A stretch of DNA of 64,000 bases, taken from IMG/VR virus record IMGVR_UViG_3300045988_159113. One strand, written 5' to 3'. The notes under the pieces were generated by a model. The model worked only from the letters and a program-made list of their open reading frames with translations. It had not been told where the DNA came from and ran no database searches. The DNA is from a virus. Shown in pieces: positions 26,237 to 34,361 of the stretch (its first letter is position 1; the number at the start of each line of letters is the position of its first letter). A program made the position numbers and the translations under genes.

Positions 26237-27281
26237 AGAAACTGATTTCTTTTATCTATTTTACAATAGAACCAACAAATACTTGGTACAGTTGGATCTG
26301 TTGAGTAATTACTCGGAGAATATATCTTGTCGAACAGTAGATGGCGATAAGTACAAGCTGTATGGCAAGTATTTCAAAGCAGAGGATGAGTTTATCCAAG
26401 CTGTTAATGATTTCAATGTGTCGATGGCTCAAAAGTATTTTAGCAAGTTCAAGATTCTTGCACCGTATAGATTAGAGTGTCAGCTCTTATTCTATATAGA
26501 CGGAGGGGCAGACTACAACATATACATCTCAACACATGACAGATGCTATCGTTTCATTTATGGCAAGGAAACGCCTGCAAACTTTATAGAATTTGCACGT
26601 ATCCGCAATATAGAGCCGGGGACTTTCAATCTTCGCTATATGCTGAACCTACATACTGCACTTTTGAACTCTGCAGTGTTCAGGGCTGGATATGACAGGG
26701 GCAAGTTCTGTTATACTGTAAACTGTGGAGAAAATTCTTTCTGTGCTCATATCGCGAAGTCAAGAGTAAGAGCTGGCTGTTATTTCCTAGCCTTTAGTCC
26801 TAATATTCCGAATGACTACGTCTTCGCGTATTACAACGTCAATAGGCAAAACATCAAGGATCTCTTGACTGTAGACTCCTGGACCGGAAAGTGGCCCGAG
26901 GATGTCGAGTCGACAATCTACGCGATCATGCAGTATATGAACAGAACATATATCGCAAATGCCAATTTTAGTTTTGTAATAGATGATGATGCTGTCATGT
27001 TCAACGGTACCAGATACCCATTCAAACAAGCAAAGAAGGGAGGCTGGTTCTTGTCTGGCAATATTGAGAAGATACTTCAGATGTTCGGTCTTGATAGTGT
27101 CGACTCATTACGTAAGACAGCGAACCTATATCTTGGAGCAAAGAACAGACCGGGAGTTTTCCCAGAATGCGACACAAAAGAAGAGTTGATAAACTTGATT
27201 AAAATGTTCAAAGATGGAGAGCGAAAAATCAAAATTTCCGGTTCTTCTGTACTTCGATCCATGCAGCCGGATGATCTATAA
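26229..27281 (+). CDS. PF6 family protein (member O)
   Basis: 350 aa. FKILAPYRL, KWPEDVESTIYAIMQYMN, KGGWFLSGNI, GVFPECDTKEELINLI. An unusually long tail overlaps the next member by 68 nt. Confidence 0.8.
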   Translation: MNRETDFFYLFYNRTNKYLVQLDLLSNYSENISCRTVDGDKYKLYGKYFKAEDEFIQAVNDFNVSMAQKYFSKFKILAPYRLECQLLFYIDGGADYNIYISTHDRCYRFIYGKETPANFIEFARIRNIEPGTFNLRYMLNLHTALLNSAVFRAGYDRGKFCYTVNCGENSFCAHIAKSRVRAGCYFLAFSPNIPNDYVFAYYNVNRQNIKDLLTVDSWTGKWPEDVESTIYAIMQYMNRTYIANANFSFVIDDDAVMFNGTRYPFKQAKKGGWFLSGNIEKILQMFGLDSVDSLRKTANLYLGAKNRPGVFPECDTKEELINLIKMFKDGERKIKISGSSVLRSMQPDDL

Positions 27282-28233
27282 GTTCCCGCTTATCTGGACA
27301 ACGGACATAGAACACTTGAAGTTCGAGATACTTATTGAAGAACTCGGATCAAGTACTGTATGGTTTCGTGGTATGAAATATGAGAACACGGAGGAACTCC
27401 TGCGTTTTATATCCAAAGAGAACGAGAAGACGCGTAAAAAGTATAAAGAGAAATATGGCATTTTTCCGCCATATGTTATTACTCAATGTACTTTTAACAC
27501 GACTTATTCAATTTGTATTAGAACGCACAATTGCGAAAACTATGCTGTGTTTTTATTTGAAGATGGGGAAAAGCTTCCTGAGTGTATTGCAAATGGAGAA
27601 GTTCCTGTTTTTCGCAATGCAGAAATTAAAGCTAGCGATAGGTTTAATATTAAAACACTCATCAAGTTGCATAACTCCATCGTCTCAAATTATGTAGTAC
27701 GTCCTGCGATTTATTTGGATTGTTGTGATAGGTATGTTGCAAAAATAAACGGCACGCTTTATGATGCTAGGATTGTTAGAGTTGCTGATAATACTTTCTA
27801 TTTACAGTTTTTCACGATTCCCAGCATAAAACTTTTTAAGTATTATGACATAAAGTTTACAGAATACGAGCCTATCATATCTCATGACTTCCGTTTGATG
27901 GATGGCTATATCCCTGTGGATAATAAAGAGCACATCCTAAAAATTCTTGACTTCATCAATAGTAAGCGCTGTGCTATGGAGTATGCATCGTTTACTATCA
28001 AAAGCGATACTATCCTAAGTAATGGATGTATGTTCAAGATAGTCCAAACGCCAACTGGCAAGTGGTACATAAAGGGTAAGAGTGACGACTTCCCTAAGGT
28101 GTTCAAGTGCTCAAGTATGGAGGAGATCAGAGAGTTTGCGATCAAGCTATTCGGGCGAAGGATTACTGGAGTATTCCCAGAGTGCAACACCAGGGAAGAG
28201 TTGTTAACTTTAATCGAGAAGATGAAGAAATGA
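27214..28233 (+). CDS. PF6 family protein (member P)
   Basis: 339 aa. YGIFPPYVI, ILKILDFIN, TGKWYIKGKS, GVFPECNTREELLTLI. Confidence 0.8.
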   Translation: MESEKSKFPVLLYFDPCSRMIYKFPLIWTTDIEHLKFEILIEELGSSTVWFRGMKYENTEELLRFISKENEKTRKKYKEKYGIFPPYVITQCTFNTTYSICIRTHNCENYAVFLFEDGEKLPECIANGEVPVFRNAEIKASDRFNIKTLIKLHNSIVSNYVVRPAIYLDCCDRYVAKINGTLYDARIVRVADNTFYLQFFTIPSIKLFKYYDIKFTEYEPIISHDFRLMDGYIPVDNKEHILKILDFINSKRCAMEYASFTIKSDTILSNGCMFKIVQTPTGKWYIKGKSDDFPKVFKCSSMEEIREFAIKLFGRRITGVFPECNTREELLTLIEKMKK

Positions 28234-29255
28234 TAATCCAACTTTTAGAAGAACCGACTTATCTATACTTTGACCAGATGGTGATGAAAGTCTACCAGCT
28301 GCCAATAATGCATACGATACAGTTGTCGGCTGTTGAAGTTTACAACGTACGACATCCTCAAGGCATCATGTCAATGCGCGAACGAGAAGTTGACCTATGG
28401 TTTCGAGATGCGCATTACAACACGATCGGTGATCTCTTGAAGTATATAAACAAGAGAAACGAGAGAATGTTCAAATATTACGTTGAGAAATTCGGAATTT
28501 CTCCTGCTTACTTTTTGGACCAAGAAGCTGATGCGGATAATGTAGTCATTACCACTATTGTAACACATCTCGATTCTTACCGTTTTGAATGTGATGGTCG
28601 GATAGATTATGAAATAATAGAGAAGACTATTCCCGTTTTCAGTTATGCAGACATCAAAGAAGATGACCGTTTTGGCGCAGAAGTTCTGGTGAAGATGCAC
28701 AACTCCATCATCAAAAACCAGGTGATAAAACCCACCATATACAAGAACGTTTACACCGTAAGAATGGGCGATTTGTTTGCAAAAGCAAAAATCGATACGA
28801 TGGATATAGGTAGGGTGCCTGGCTATCATTTGCATTTTCTATCTTATCATGATAGGATTGTTTTTGATTATTACCACATACGATATTCTGACTTTGCTTA
28901 TGTGATCCCTGATACCGAATTGAGTAACGGGATACCTGTTGGCCCAGAAGAAGATATCAGAAAGCTCATCAACTATATCAATATGACATATTGCGTTTGT
29001 GAGGGCTCAAAGTTTAGTGTGAATGATAATATTATCATCTGCAATAAGCACAAGCTTGAAATTACACAAACGCGAAACGGCAAATGGTATATCAAGGGTG
29101 ATGTTTTACTCGCTTTTGGGTTGGATAGTATGGAGGCAATCAGAAAGGCTGCGTCTGATCTCTTCGGTAAAAAGAGGATGAACGGAGTATTCCCGGAATG
29201 CGATTCCAAGGAAGACCTCCTGCGACTCGTTGAAGTTCTTAGAAAATACAGGTGA
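28230..29255 (+). CDS. PF6 family protein (member Q)
   Basis: ORF track 28107..29255. ATG 28230 (MIIQLLEEPTYLYFDQ) is ATGA-coupled and aligns with family N-termini. FGISPAYFL, IRKLINYIN, NGKWYIKGDV, GVFPECDSKEDLLRLV. Confidence 0.8.
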   Translation: MIIQLLEEPTYLYFDQMVMKVYQLPIMHTIQLSAVEVYNVRHPQGIMSMREREVDLWFRDAHYNTIGDLLKYINKRNERMFKYYVEKFGISPAYFLDQEADADNVVITTIVTHLDSYRFECDGRIDYEIIEKTIPVFSYADIKEDDRFGAEVLVKMHNSIIKNQVIKPTIYKNVYTVRMGDLFAKAKIDTMDIGRVPGYHLHFLSYHDRIVFDYYHIRYSDFAYVIPDTELSNGIPVGPEEDIRKLINYINMTYCVCEGSKFSVNDNIIICNKHKLEITQTRNGKWYIKGDVLLAFGLDSMEAIRKAASDLFGKKRMNGVFPECDSKEDLLRLVEVLRKYR

Positions 29256-29259
29256 GATT

Positions 29260-29290
29260 TCGGGTTTTAACAAACCGATTTATTGATTTA
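29260..29290 (+). terminator. terminator-like hairpin closing the PF6 array
   Basis: TCGG(G)TTT-TAAC-AAACCGA (7 bp, one bulged G) starts 5 nt after the stop and is followed by TTTATTGATTTA. Confidence 0.5.
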
Positions 29291-29329
29291 TGTCAAGAAA
29301 TTTTCAAGCGATTTGCTTTTTAGGATTTT

Positions 29330-29347
29330 AAATAGTATTATTGAAAC
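29330..29347 (+). promoter_or_regulatory. promoter-like 18-mer AAATAGTATTATTGAAAC (copy 3)
   Basis: 16/18 identical to 579-596. TATTAT is at 29336-41 and TTGCTT at 29313-18 (17-nt spacer). It lies between the array terminator and the next gene block. Confidence 0.45.
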
Positions 29348-29427
29348 GCTAACAAAAAAGTAATGCTATGAGAAAAATTAAAAATGCTATCAAATGGGTT
29401 TCTAGGCGTATGTCTACGAATTCCTAC

Positions 29428-29462
29428 TGGCTTCCAACGGGAACCTTCCCGTGCTGAAGCCA
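29428..29462 (+). other. nested GC-rich hairpin in a 5' leader
   Basis: Outer stem TGGCTTC(29428-34)/GAAGCCA(29456-62). Inner stem CGGGAA(29438-43)/TTCCCG(29446-51). It sits about 90 nt downstream of promoter-like copy 3 and 20 nt upstream of ATG 29483. Confidence 0.5.
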
Positions 29463-29482
29463 GCAGCAAAGATTAATTTTTA

Positions 29483-30160
29483 ATGGTACGAGACATTTTT
29501 ATCAAAACATGTGAGGATGGTATCGATGATTTGATATCAATCCCCGATACAGCGGAAATATATGAACAGTTCCAATATGCCGATGGATCCTTTGAGTATA
29601 TAATCGTTGACGATTACAACAGCGAGAATATATCCCAAATGATGAAATACCGCAACGATTATGATGTTATATCTTACAATAACACATACGTCATGATCAT
29701 TGTTAACGCCATCGATATCACAGGGTGCGATATAAAGAAGGAACAGTTCAAATTTCCAACTGCCTATGTTCGGTTTTATAAAGAGAATCCGCACATATGG
29801 GAACTAGCAAAAGGGCGGTTTGGTGTTGACCTGTCAGGGATGGATGAGTACACGGACGATCAGCTGGAGTTTCTAAAAGACAACGTTACATTTAATATTG
29901 CCTTTATGAAAATCAGGAAATCTTCCGATGTGCATTTCCTCGTTGATAAGGTACACATAAAAACAAAAAGCGGATCTCCAAAGTTCGCTGTAGAGTATAA
30001 GAAGATTGGGTTTTGTTCCGCTTTCGATACTCAGTACGATCTGACCGGGGTTTCAAATAAGGCTGACACTGTCTATTCTGAATTTTGCACAAAAGAAGAA
30101 TATGATGATGCGCTATGCCGAGTGTTAACAGTCTTGGGAGTTAAGAAGTTTGAGGTATGA
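29483..30160 (+). CDS. hypothetical protein (C-terminus resembles the PF6 module)
   Basis: 225 aa. C-terminus YSEFCTKEEYDDALCRVLTVLG resembles PF6 FPEFKTKEDLIDFI. Confidence 0.7.
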   Translation: MVRDIFIKTCEDGIDDLISIPDTAEIYEQFQYADGSFEYIIVDDYNSENISQMMKYRNDYDVISYNNTYVMIIVNAIDITGCDIKKEQFKFPTAYVRFYKENPHIWELAKGRFGVDLSGMDEYTDDQLEFLKDNVTFNIAFMKIRKSSDVHFLVDKVHIKTKSGSPKFAVEYKKIGFCSAFDTQYDLTGVSNKADTVYSEFCTKEEYDDALCRVLTVLGVKKFEV

Positions 30161-30525
30161 TGAAATTGATATGCCATGGTTATTCACGTAACGCGTTGGT
30201 TATCTCTTTCTACCTAGACGGAAAACGAATTATGGACGGAATCTATATCTTCGAAATGGAAGCTTTCAAGGTTCTCCGGATGTCAGACGTATGCGTTGAG
30301 GTGTATAAAGAGATCATGGATGCTTTAGTGAAAGATGGCTTTTTCGAAAATAGGTTCCGGATATTGTGCAAAGATAGAACTTTAAAACAAAAAATCAGGG
30401 AGTATGAGCGAGAAAAATCTGATAGAGCAAAGGCAAGAGGCAAACTTGCGCTTGCTGGAGATTATTCAGGATTATTTGGAGAAGTACCCAAGCTTACGCT
30501 TCGGCCAGGCATTGATCAACCTTAA
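30157..30525 (+). CDS. hypothetical protein
   Basis: ATGA-coupled ORF, 122 aa. The last 122 nt overlap the next ORF, so the true 3' end is uncertain. Confidence 0.55.
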   Translation: MMKLICHGYSRNALVISFYLDGKRIMDGIYIFEMEAFKVLRMSDVCVEVYKEIMDALVKDGFFENRFRILCKDRTLKQKIREYEREKSDRAKARGKLALAGDYSGLFGEVPKLTLRPGIDQP

Positions 30526-30616
30526 CATACTTGAACCAACAGACAACACGGCCGTTGTAAAAGATCCATATTACGACGAACCGATGGCAATGTTGGATAG
30601 AATAAAACAAGAATGA
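30404..30616 (+). CDS. hypothetical protein
   Basis: 70 aa. MSEKNLIEQRQEANLRLLEIIQDYLEKYPSLRFGQALINL reads as a compact helical protein. Confidence 0.55.
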   Translation: MSEKNLIEQRQEANLRLLEIIQDYLEKYPSLRFGQALINLNILEPTDNTAVVKDPYYDEPMAMLDRIKQE

Positions 30617-31227
30617 AAGTATATCGAATACAACAGAAGAATTTTAATTCCATAACGCAGTCAACACTTAGTGTAGAAGATGGGACGAAGTTTCAATTTA
30701 TACCAACAGGAAAAGAGGACATGTACAATGTCGCCTATATCACTGATGGCAGTAAAGAGAACGTCATAAGGTGTAAAAGATTAGTGAACTCTTTTCAGTT
30801 TCTACTTCCTTATGATAAGCTCCTTATCATTCTCAAGGACTTCATGGGCAAGCCGTTCGAGGAATCGACGGAGATAAAGATCAATGATTTCTATCTCTCT
30901 TGTTTCCCAAAGGGGCATCCAGAAAGACCGCTTGAGTTCTATCATGTGCTTGACTTTACAGGAACCGCGTTCAAGGTAATACGTGTAAGGATAACGGATC
31001 CATTAAACAAGATATATAATCCTCGGATTGAGTACACAACAATCGCACCGCTTACTTTGTTCAGAAGCCAGACGGGAATAGCTAGAGGTCCAGAGACTGC
31101 GCTGTTTACTGACTTCATGAAAAAAGAAGATTTCGAGCGTTATATGGATATCATAACTCTTACACTGAAAGGAGACACCAATCGTTTAATGACAAATGAA
31201 ATACTTTACAATTCAGGAGCTGACTAA
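30613..31227 (+). CDS. hypothetical protein
   Basis: ATGA-coupled ORF, 204 aa. C-terminal FTDFMKKEDFERYMDIITL weakly resembles the PF6 module. Confidence 0.7.
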   Translation: MKVYRIQQKNFNSITQSTLSVEDGTKFQFIPTGKEDMYNVAYITDGSKENVIRCKRLVNSFQFLLPYDKLLIILKDFMGKPFEESTEIKINDFYLSCFPKGHPERPLEFYHVLDFTGTAFKVIRVRITDPLNKIYNPRIEYTTIAPLTLFRSQTGIARGPETALFTDFMKKEDFERYMDIITLTLKGDTNRLMTNEILYNSGAD

Positions 31228-31651
31228 TTCATAGACAGCTAAAGCAAAGGGTCTTGATAATACTCCGGACCCACAACAGGAGCACAATCTCCGCAGGCTT
31301 ATCGAGGAGCTGCTCGATCCATTACGTGAAGCTTGGGGTAAACCGATAAAGGTAACCTCCGGGTTCCGTGGTTTCGCACTTAATAAATGCGTTAAAGGAT
31401 CAAAAAGTTCGGCTCATTGTATAGGAGCAGCTGCGGATCTTGTACCTGTAGATGGGAAGATGCCACAATTCAAAAGATTCGTGAGAGACTGGTTGACTGA
31501 AAACAATATCAAGTTTGACCAGTATATAGATGAGAGAAGTGGAAACAGTGAGTGGGTACATCTGGGACTTATCAACCAGTCAGGAAGACAGAGGAGACAA
31601 TTTCTGATGTATCGCAACAAGACGTATGTATCATTGAAGGATATATGTTAA
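31196..31651 (+). CDS. Peptidase_M15_3-type (VanY-like zinc D,D-/L,D-peptidase) endolysin with an in-frame TAG at codon 13
   Basis: The ORF track only reports 31460..31651. Reading from ATG 31196 in the same frame gives MKYFTIQELTNS[TAG 31232-34]TAKAKGLDNTP...LLDPLREAWGKPIKVTSGFRGFALN...SSAHCIGAAADL...EWVHLG. This is the full-length family signature (F...E...S.TA...g.DN.P, SG[FY]R, H..G.A.D, W.H) running across the TAG. Confidence 0.75.
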
Positions 31652-32214
31652 AAATCGGAACGCATGATTCAGCGACAGGCGAGAAAGCCATGTCGTGGTG
31701 GATGAAGCTCTTGACTCCTTTTTGGAAGACACAGAGCAAGACAATCAAAGAGCAGTATGAGGCAGGCTGCCGTATGTTTGACATTAGAGTCAAGAAGGTA
31801 GGCCGCGAGTATTACTGCGCTCATGGTTTGTTTGTAACAGAGAAGACAGCGCACGAGATCTTCACAGAGCTTGACAATCTCGGGGGATGCTATGTTGCTG
31901 TCACTTGGGAAGGAAAAATGACAACGGACGAGGAGAAGGCTTGTTTCAAAAGTTGGTATCAGAGAGTAAGGAAGAAATACAAAAACACATTCTGGGGGCC
32001 TCTCGCTACTAAGTACGGGAAGAAAGGGCTAAAGGTTAGCTGGATCAATCTCTACGTAGGCGATAAGTTCGAAGAGAATGTGCAAGGATTCTATCCTCTT
32101 GATGGTCGTAATATTTGGACATATATTTTCCCCGTTCCTTATGTAATTAATAAAATATACAAGAGCCCGTTCAAGTTCAACGAAGACTATTTCGTACTTG
32201 TCGATTTCTTGTAA
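31645..32214 (+). CDS. PI-PLC X-domain-like phosphodiesterase
   Basis: ORF track 31552..32214. ATG 31645 overlaps the lysin stop. MLKIGTHDSATGE...TQSKTIKEQYEAGCRMFDIRV...CAHG parallels the bacterial PI-PLC catalytic blocks (GTHDS ... G.R.FDIR ... HG). Confidence 0.6.
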   Translation: MLKIGTHDSATGEKAMSWWMKLLTPFWKTQSKTIKEQYEAGCRMFDIRVKKVGREYYCAHGLFVTEKTAHEIFTELDNLGGCYVAVTWEGKMTTDEEKACFKSWYQRVRKKYKNTFWGPLATKYGKKGLKVSWINLYVGDKFEENVQGFYPLDGRNIWTYIFPVPYVINKIYKSPFKFNEDYFVLVDFL

Positions 32215-32241
32215 TTGTATAAACTAAAAATTTAAAAACTT

Positions 32242-32403
32242 ATGAAAAAGTTATTTCTTGCTTTCGCAGTGATGGCTGTTCTCGCCGCATGCGGTGGCCA
32301 TAAGGCCAAAAGCGCAAGTAGTGTTAACGATTCGACAGCTGACAGCGTGACAGTTGTTGACTCTCTGGTAATTGACACAACCCTTATTGACAGCGTAAAC
32401 TAA
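32242..32403 (+). CDS. small lipoprotein (53 aa)
   Basis: MKKLFLAFAVMAVLAAC|GGHK: signal peptide with lipobox LAAC. Below the ORF-track cutoff. Followed directly by a terminator. Confidence 0.65.
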   Translation: MKKLFLAFAVMAVLAACGGHKAKSASSVNDSTADSVTVVDSLVIDTTLIDSVN

Positions 32404-32410
32404 AAAGTAA

Positions 32411-32438
32411 AGCCCGGGTATAACTCGGGCTATTTTTG
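32411..32438 (+). terminator. rho-independent terminator
   Basis: AGCCCGG-GTATAAC-TCGGGCT (with a G-T pair), followed by ATTTTTGT. Confidence 0.7.
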
Positions 32439-32533
32439 TATTATGGCAAAAACAGAAAAAGAACCCGTCAAAGAGTACGGAAAGAAAGAGCAACAGTCAG
32501 CAGTGGCTCAGTACAACAATCAGGATTGGCTAT

Positions 32534-32743
32534 TTGATGAGTAGAAAGAGAAGAAACAATTTCACAAGTCTCGAACTTGATAAACGCAAGTATGTCGTAG
32601 TGGATGAAGAAGACGGGAGCATATCCATCTATAACATCACACCGCGATATCATATCTGCATTGTCAATTATAAGTCGAAAGACCAGGAGTACGCGCGAAA
32701 TTGTATCATGGAAACTTTAGACTATTTGAAAAGAGACATATGA
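32534..32743 (+). CDS. hypothetical protein
   Basis: ATG ORF, 69 aa. Confidence 0.55.
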   Translation: MMSRKRRNNFTSLELDKRKYVVVDEEDGSISIYNITPRYHICIVNYKSKDQEYARNCIMETLDYLKRDI

Positions 32744-33516
32744 GAAGAGTGAGACATTTAACCGTTAGAAGCCGCAATGTATCATGTCGGCCTCTACGAG
32801 AGTTAGAGGTTCCCGTTCGTACTCTGTACAGAATGGGAAGTGCCACACCGATTGAACGAATCTTTCGTTCTCCTTTACGTTATCTTGAGATAAACACAGC
32901 CCATGGCTGTCTTATCTCTGGTGATAAGATAAAGATGAAAAGAGCTTTCAATGAGTGTGGCGTACATACTGCGGAGTGGTTCATCGCTCATAACAGAGTC
33001 GATGCCAGAGGTAAAATTCAGCGTTGGCTTCCAACCTGGGGTGTCATCATTGCAAAGAGGTTGAACTCATCGGGTGGCCGTGGTATCTATCTTATACGAA
33101 ATGTTGGAGACTTGGACCAGATCCACGACGACATCACGAAGTATATTTTCGAGAGATATTACAACTACACGAAAGAGTACCGCGTACATGTCAGCAAATT
33201 CGGATGTTTCTATACATCAAGAAAGATGTTGAGAAATACCGCAACTGTGAGATGGCACAGACATTCTGAAAACTCCGTTTTCATAAATGAAGAAAACCCG
33301 ATGTTTGACAAGCCGACTAACTGGGACGAGATAGTCGCCGATTGTATCAAAGCCCTCAAGCATATGCAGCTTGACATCGCAGCGTTCGATGTCAAGTGTA
33401 CAAGAGACGGGCGCTTTATACTCTTGGAGAGTAATTCCGCACCAGCACTTGGTGAGCAAGGCATCGAGAAATACAAAAACGAATTAAAGAAAATCATAAA
33501 CGATAAATTAAGATGA
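32740..33516 (+). CDS. ATP-grasp ligase (RimK-like)
   Basis: ORF track 32701..33516. ATG 32740 is ATGA-coupled. GVIIAKRLNSSGGRGIYLI, KEYRVHV, and DIAAFDVKCTRDGRFILLESNSAPAL are typical ATP-grasp blocks. Confidence 0.7.
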   Translation: MRRVRHLTVRSRNVSCRPLRELEVPVRTLYRMGSATPIERIFRSPLRYLEINTAHGCLISGDKIKMKRAFNECGVHTAEWFIAHNRVDARGKIQRWLPTWGVIIAKRLNSSGGRGIYLIRNVGDLDQIHDDITKYIFERYYNYTKEYRVHVSKFGCFYTSRKMLRNTATVRWHRHSENSVFINEENPMFDKPTNWDEIVADCIKALKHMQLDIAAFDVKCTRDGRFILLESNSAPALGEQGIEKYKNELKKIINDKLR

Positions 33517-34361
33517 GTGAGTTCGGTTATACAAACTATCACACAATTTACAAGAGTGTTGGAGATGTTGATCATGCGATGGGTGAGGATTCTTGTTTTC
33601 ATACCATCACCAAGGATTCCGGTTTGAAGATGATGAACAATGTGATCACTGTGCGGTTCTATGCTACCATTGACTACATACGGGATAATCAGAACAATAA
33701 CTATTGCCCGTTTAGCGAGGACGAGATCCGCCAGTATCTGCACATTATCCAGACTTACAGACCCTTTGAGTTCAAGCTTGACACATGTTTCGGAACCGCA
33801 AACGATATAGAAGATAGCGACGACGACTACGACGATGATGTTGAGTACAAGTACTATGAGCTTGAGTTGAAGATCAACGACTCGGTACTCTGGAACAAGT
33901 TCATCTTGAAAATGGTTCGCCCGTTATATGAATATCCGTTCAACTTCGCACTTCGCGATACCTTCAAAATGATGACTATCCCGAAGTTCAGAGAGTATGG
34001 GTTGTTCAATATCTATATGATGGTCGGCTATATCTTCAAGACTACTAGCTACATCTCAGTTTGTGATGATCAGTTTGTTTGTTCTTGTTATCGGAACATT
34101 CCGCAGTTCATGAAGAAGGCAGACCTCATCAAGCGTATTGAGAGTATGAGCCAGGCACATTTGGCAGGAGAGACAAGAACTCCTGAATTCAATAATGTTG
34201 TCTCATATTCTGAGAGTGATTGCGGTGACTTCGGCGACTGGCTCGACAATCGATACTTCAACACAACAAACGTGAGAGAGGTGGAGTACTGGTTCGACGA
34301 GGAGATGTTCGAGGAGAGAGTAGAAATTTATTCTGAACTTATAGAAAGATTTGTGAAGTAA
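33513..34361 (+). CDS. hypothetical protein with an acidic insert
   Basis: ATGA-coupled ORF, 282 aa. Contains DIEDSDDDYDDDVEY. No recognisable domain. Confidence 0.7.
   Translation: MSEFGYTNYHTIYKSVGDVDHAMGEDSCFHTITKDSGLKMMNNVITVRFYATIDYIRDNQNNNYCPFSEDEIRQYLHIIQTYRPFEFKLDTCFGTANDIEDSDDDYDDDVEYKYYELELKINDSVLWNKFILKMVRPLYEYPFNFALRDTFKMMTIPKFREYGLFNIYMMVGYIFKTTSYISVCDDQFVCSCYRNIPQFMKKADLIKRIESMSQAHLAGETRTPEFNNVVSYSESDCGDFGDWLDNRYFNTTNVREVEYWFDEEMFEERVEIYSELIERFVK

Noticed and set aside
27214-27281. Programmed frameshift between PF6 members O and P (68-nt overlap)
   Set aside because: Member P has its own ATG, and its N-terminus aligns with the other family N-termini. The overlap is explained by a slightly extended tail on O.
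19319-29255. The ~1-kb periodic array as a CRISPR-like or satellite repeat
   Set aside because: The units are full-length intact ORFs that are diverged at DNA level. There are no short direct repeats with unique spacers.
29368-29457. 30-aa ORF (MRKIKNAIKWVSRRMSTNSYWLPTGTFPC) in the leader before 29483
   Set aside because: Its 3' half is the nested GC hairpin. It shows no coupling and no paralog, so it is more likely part of a structured leader.
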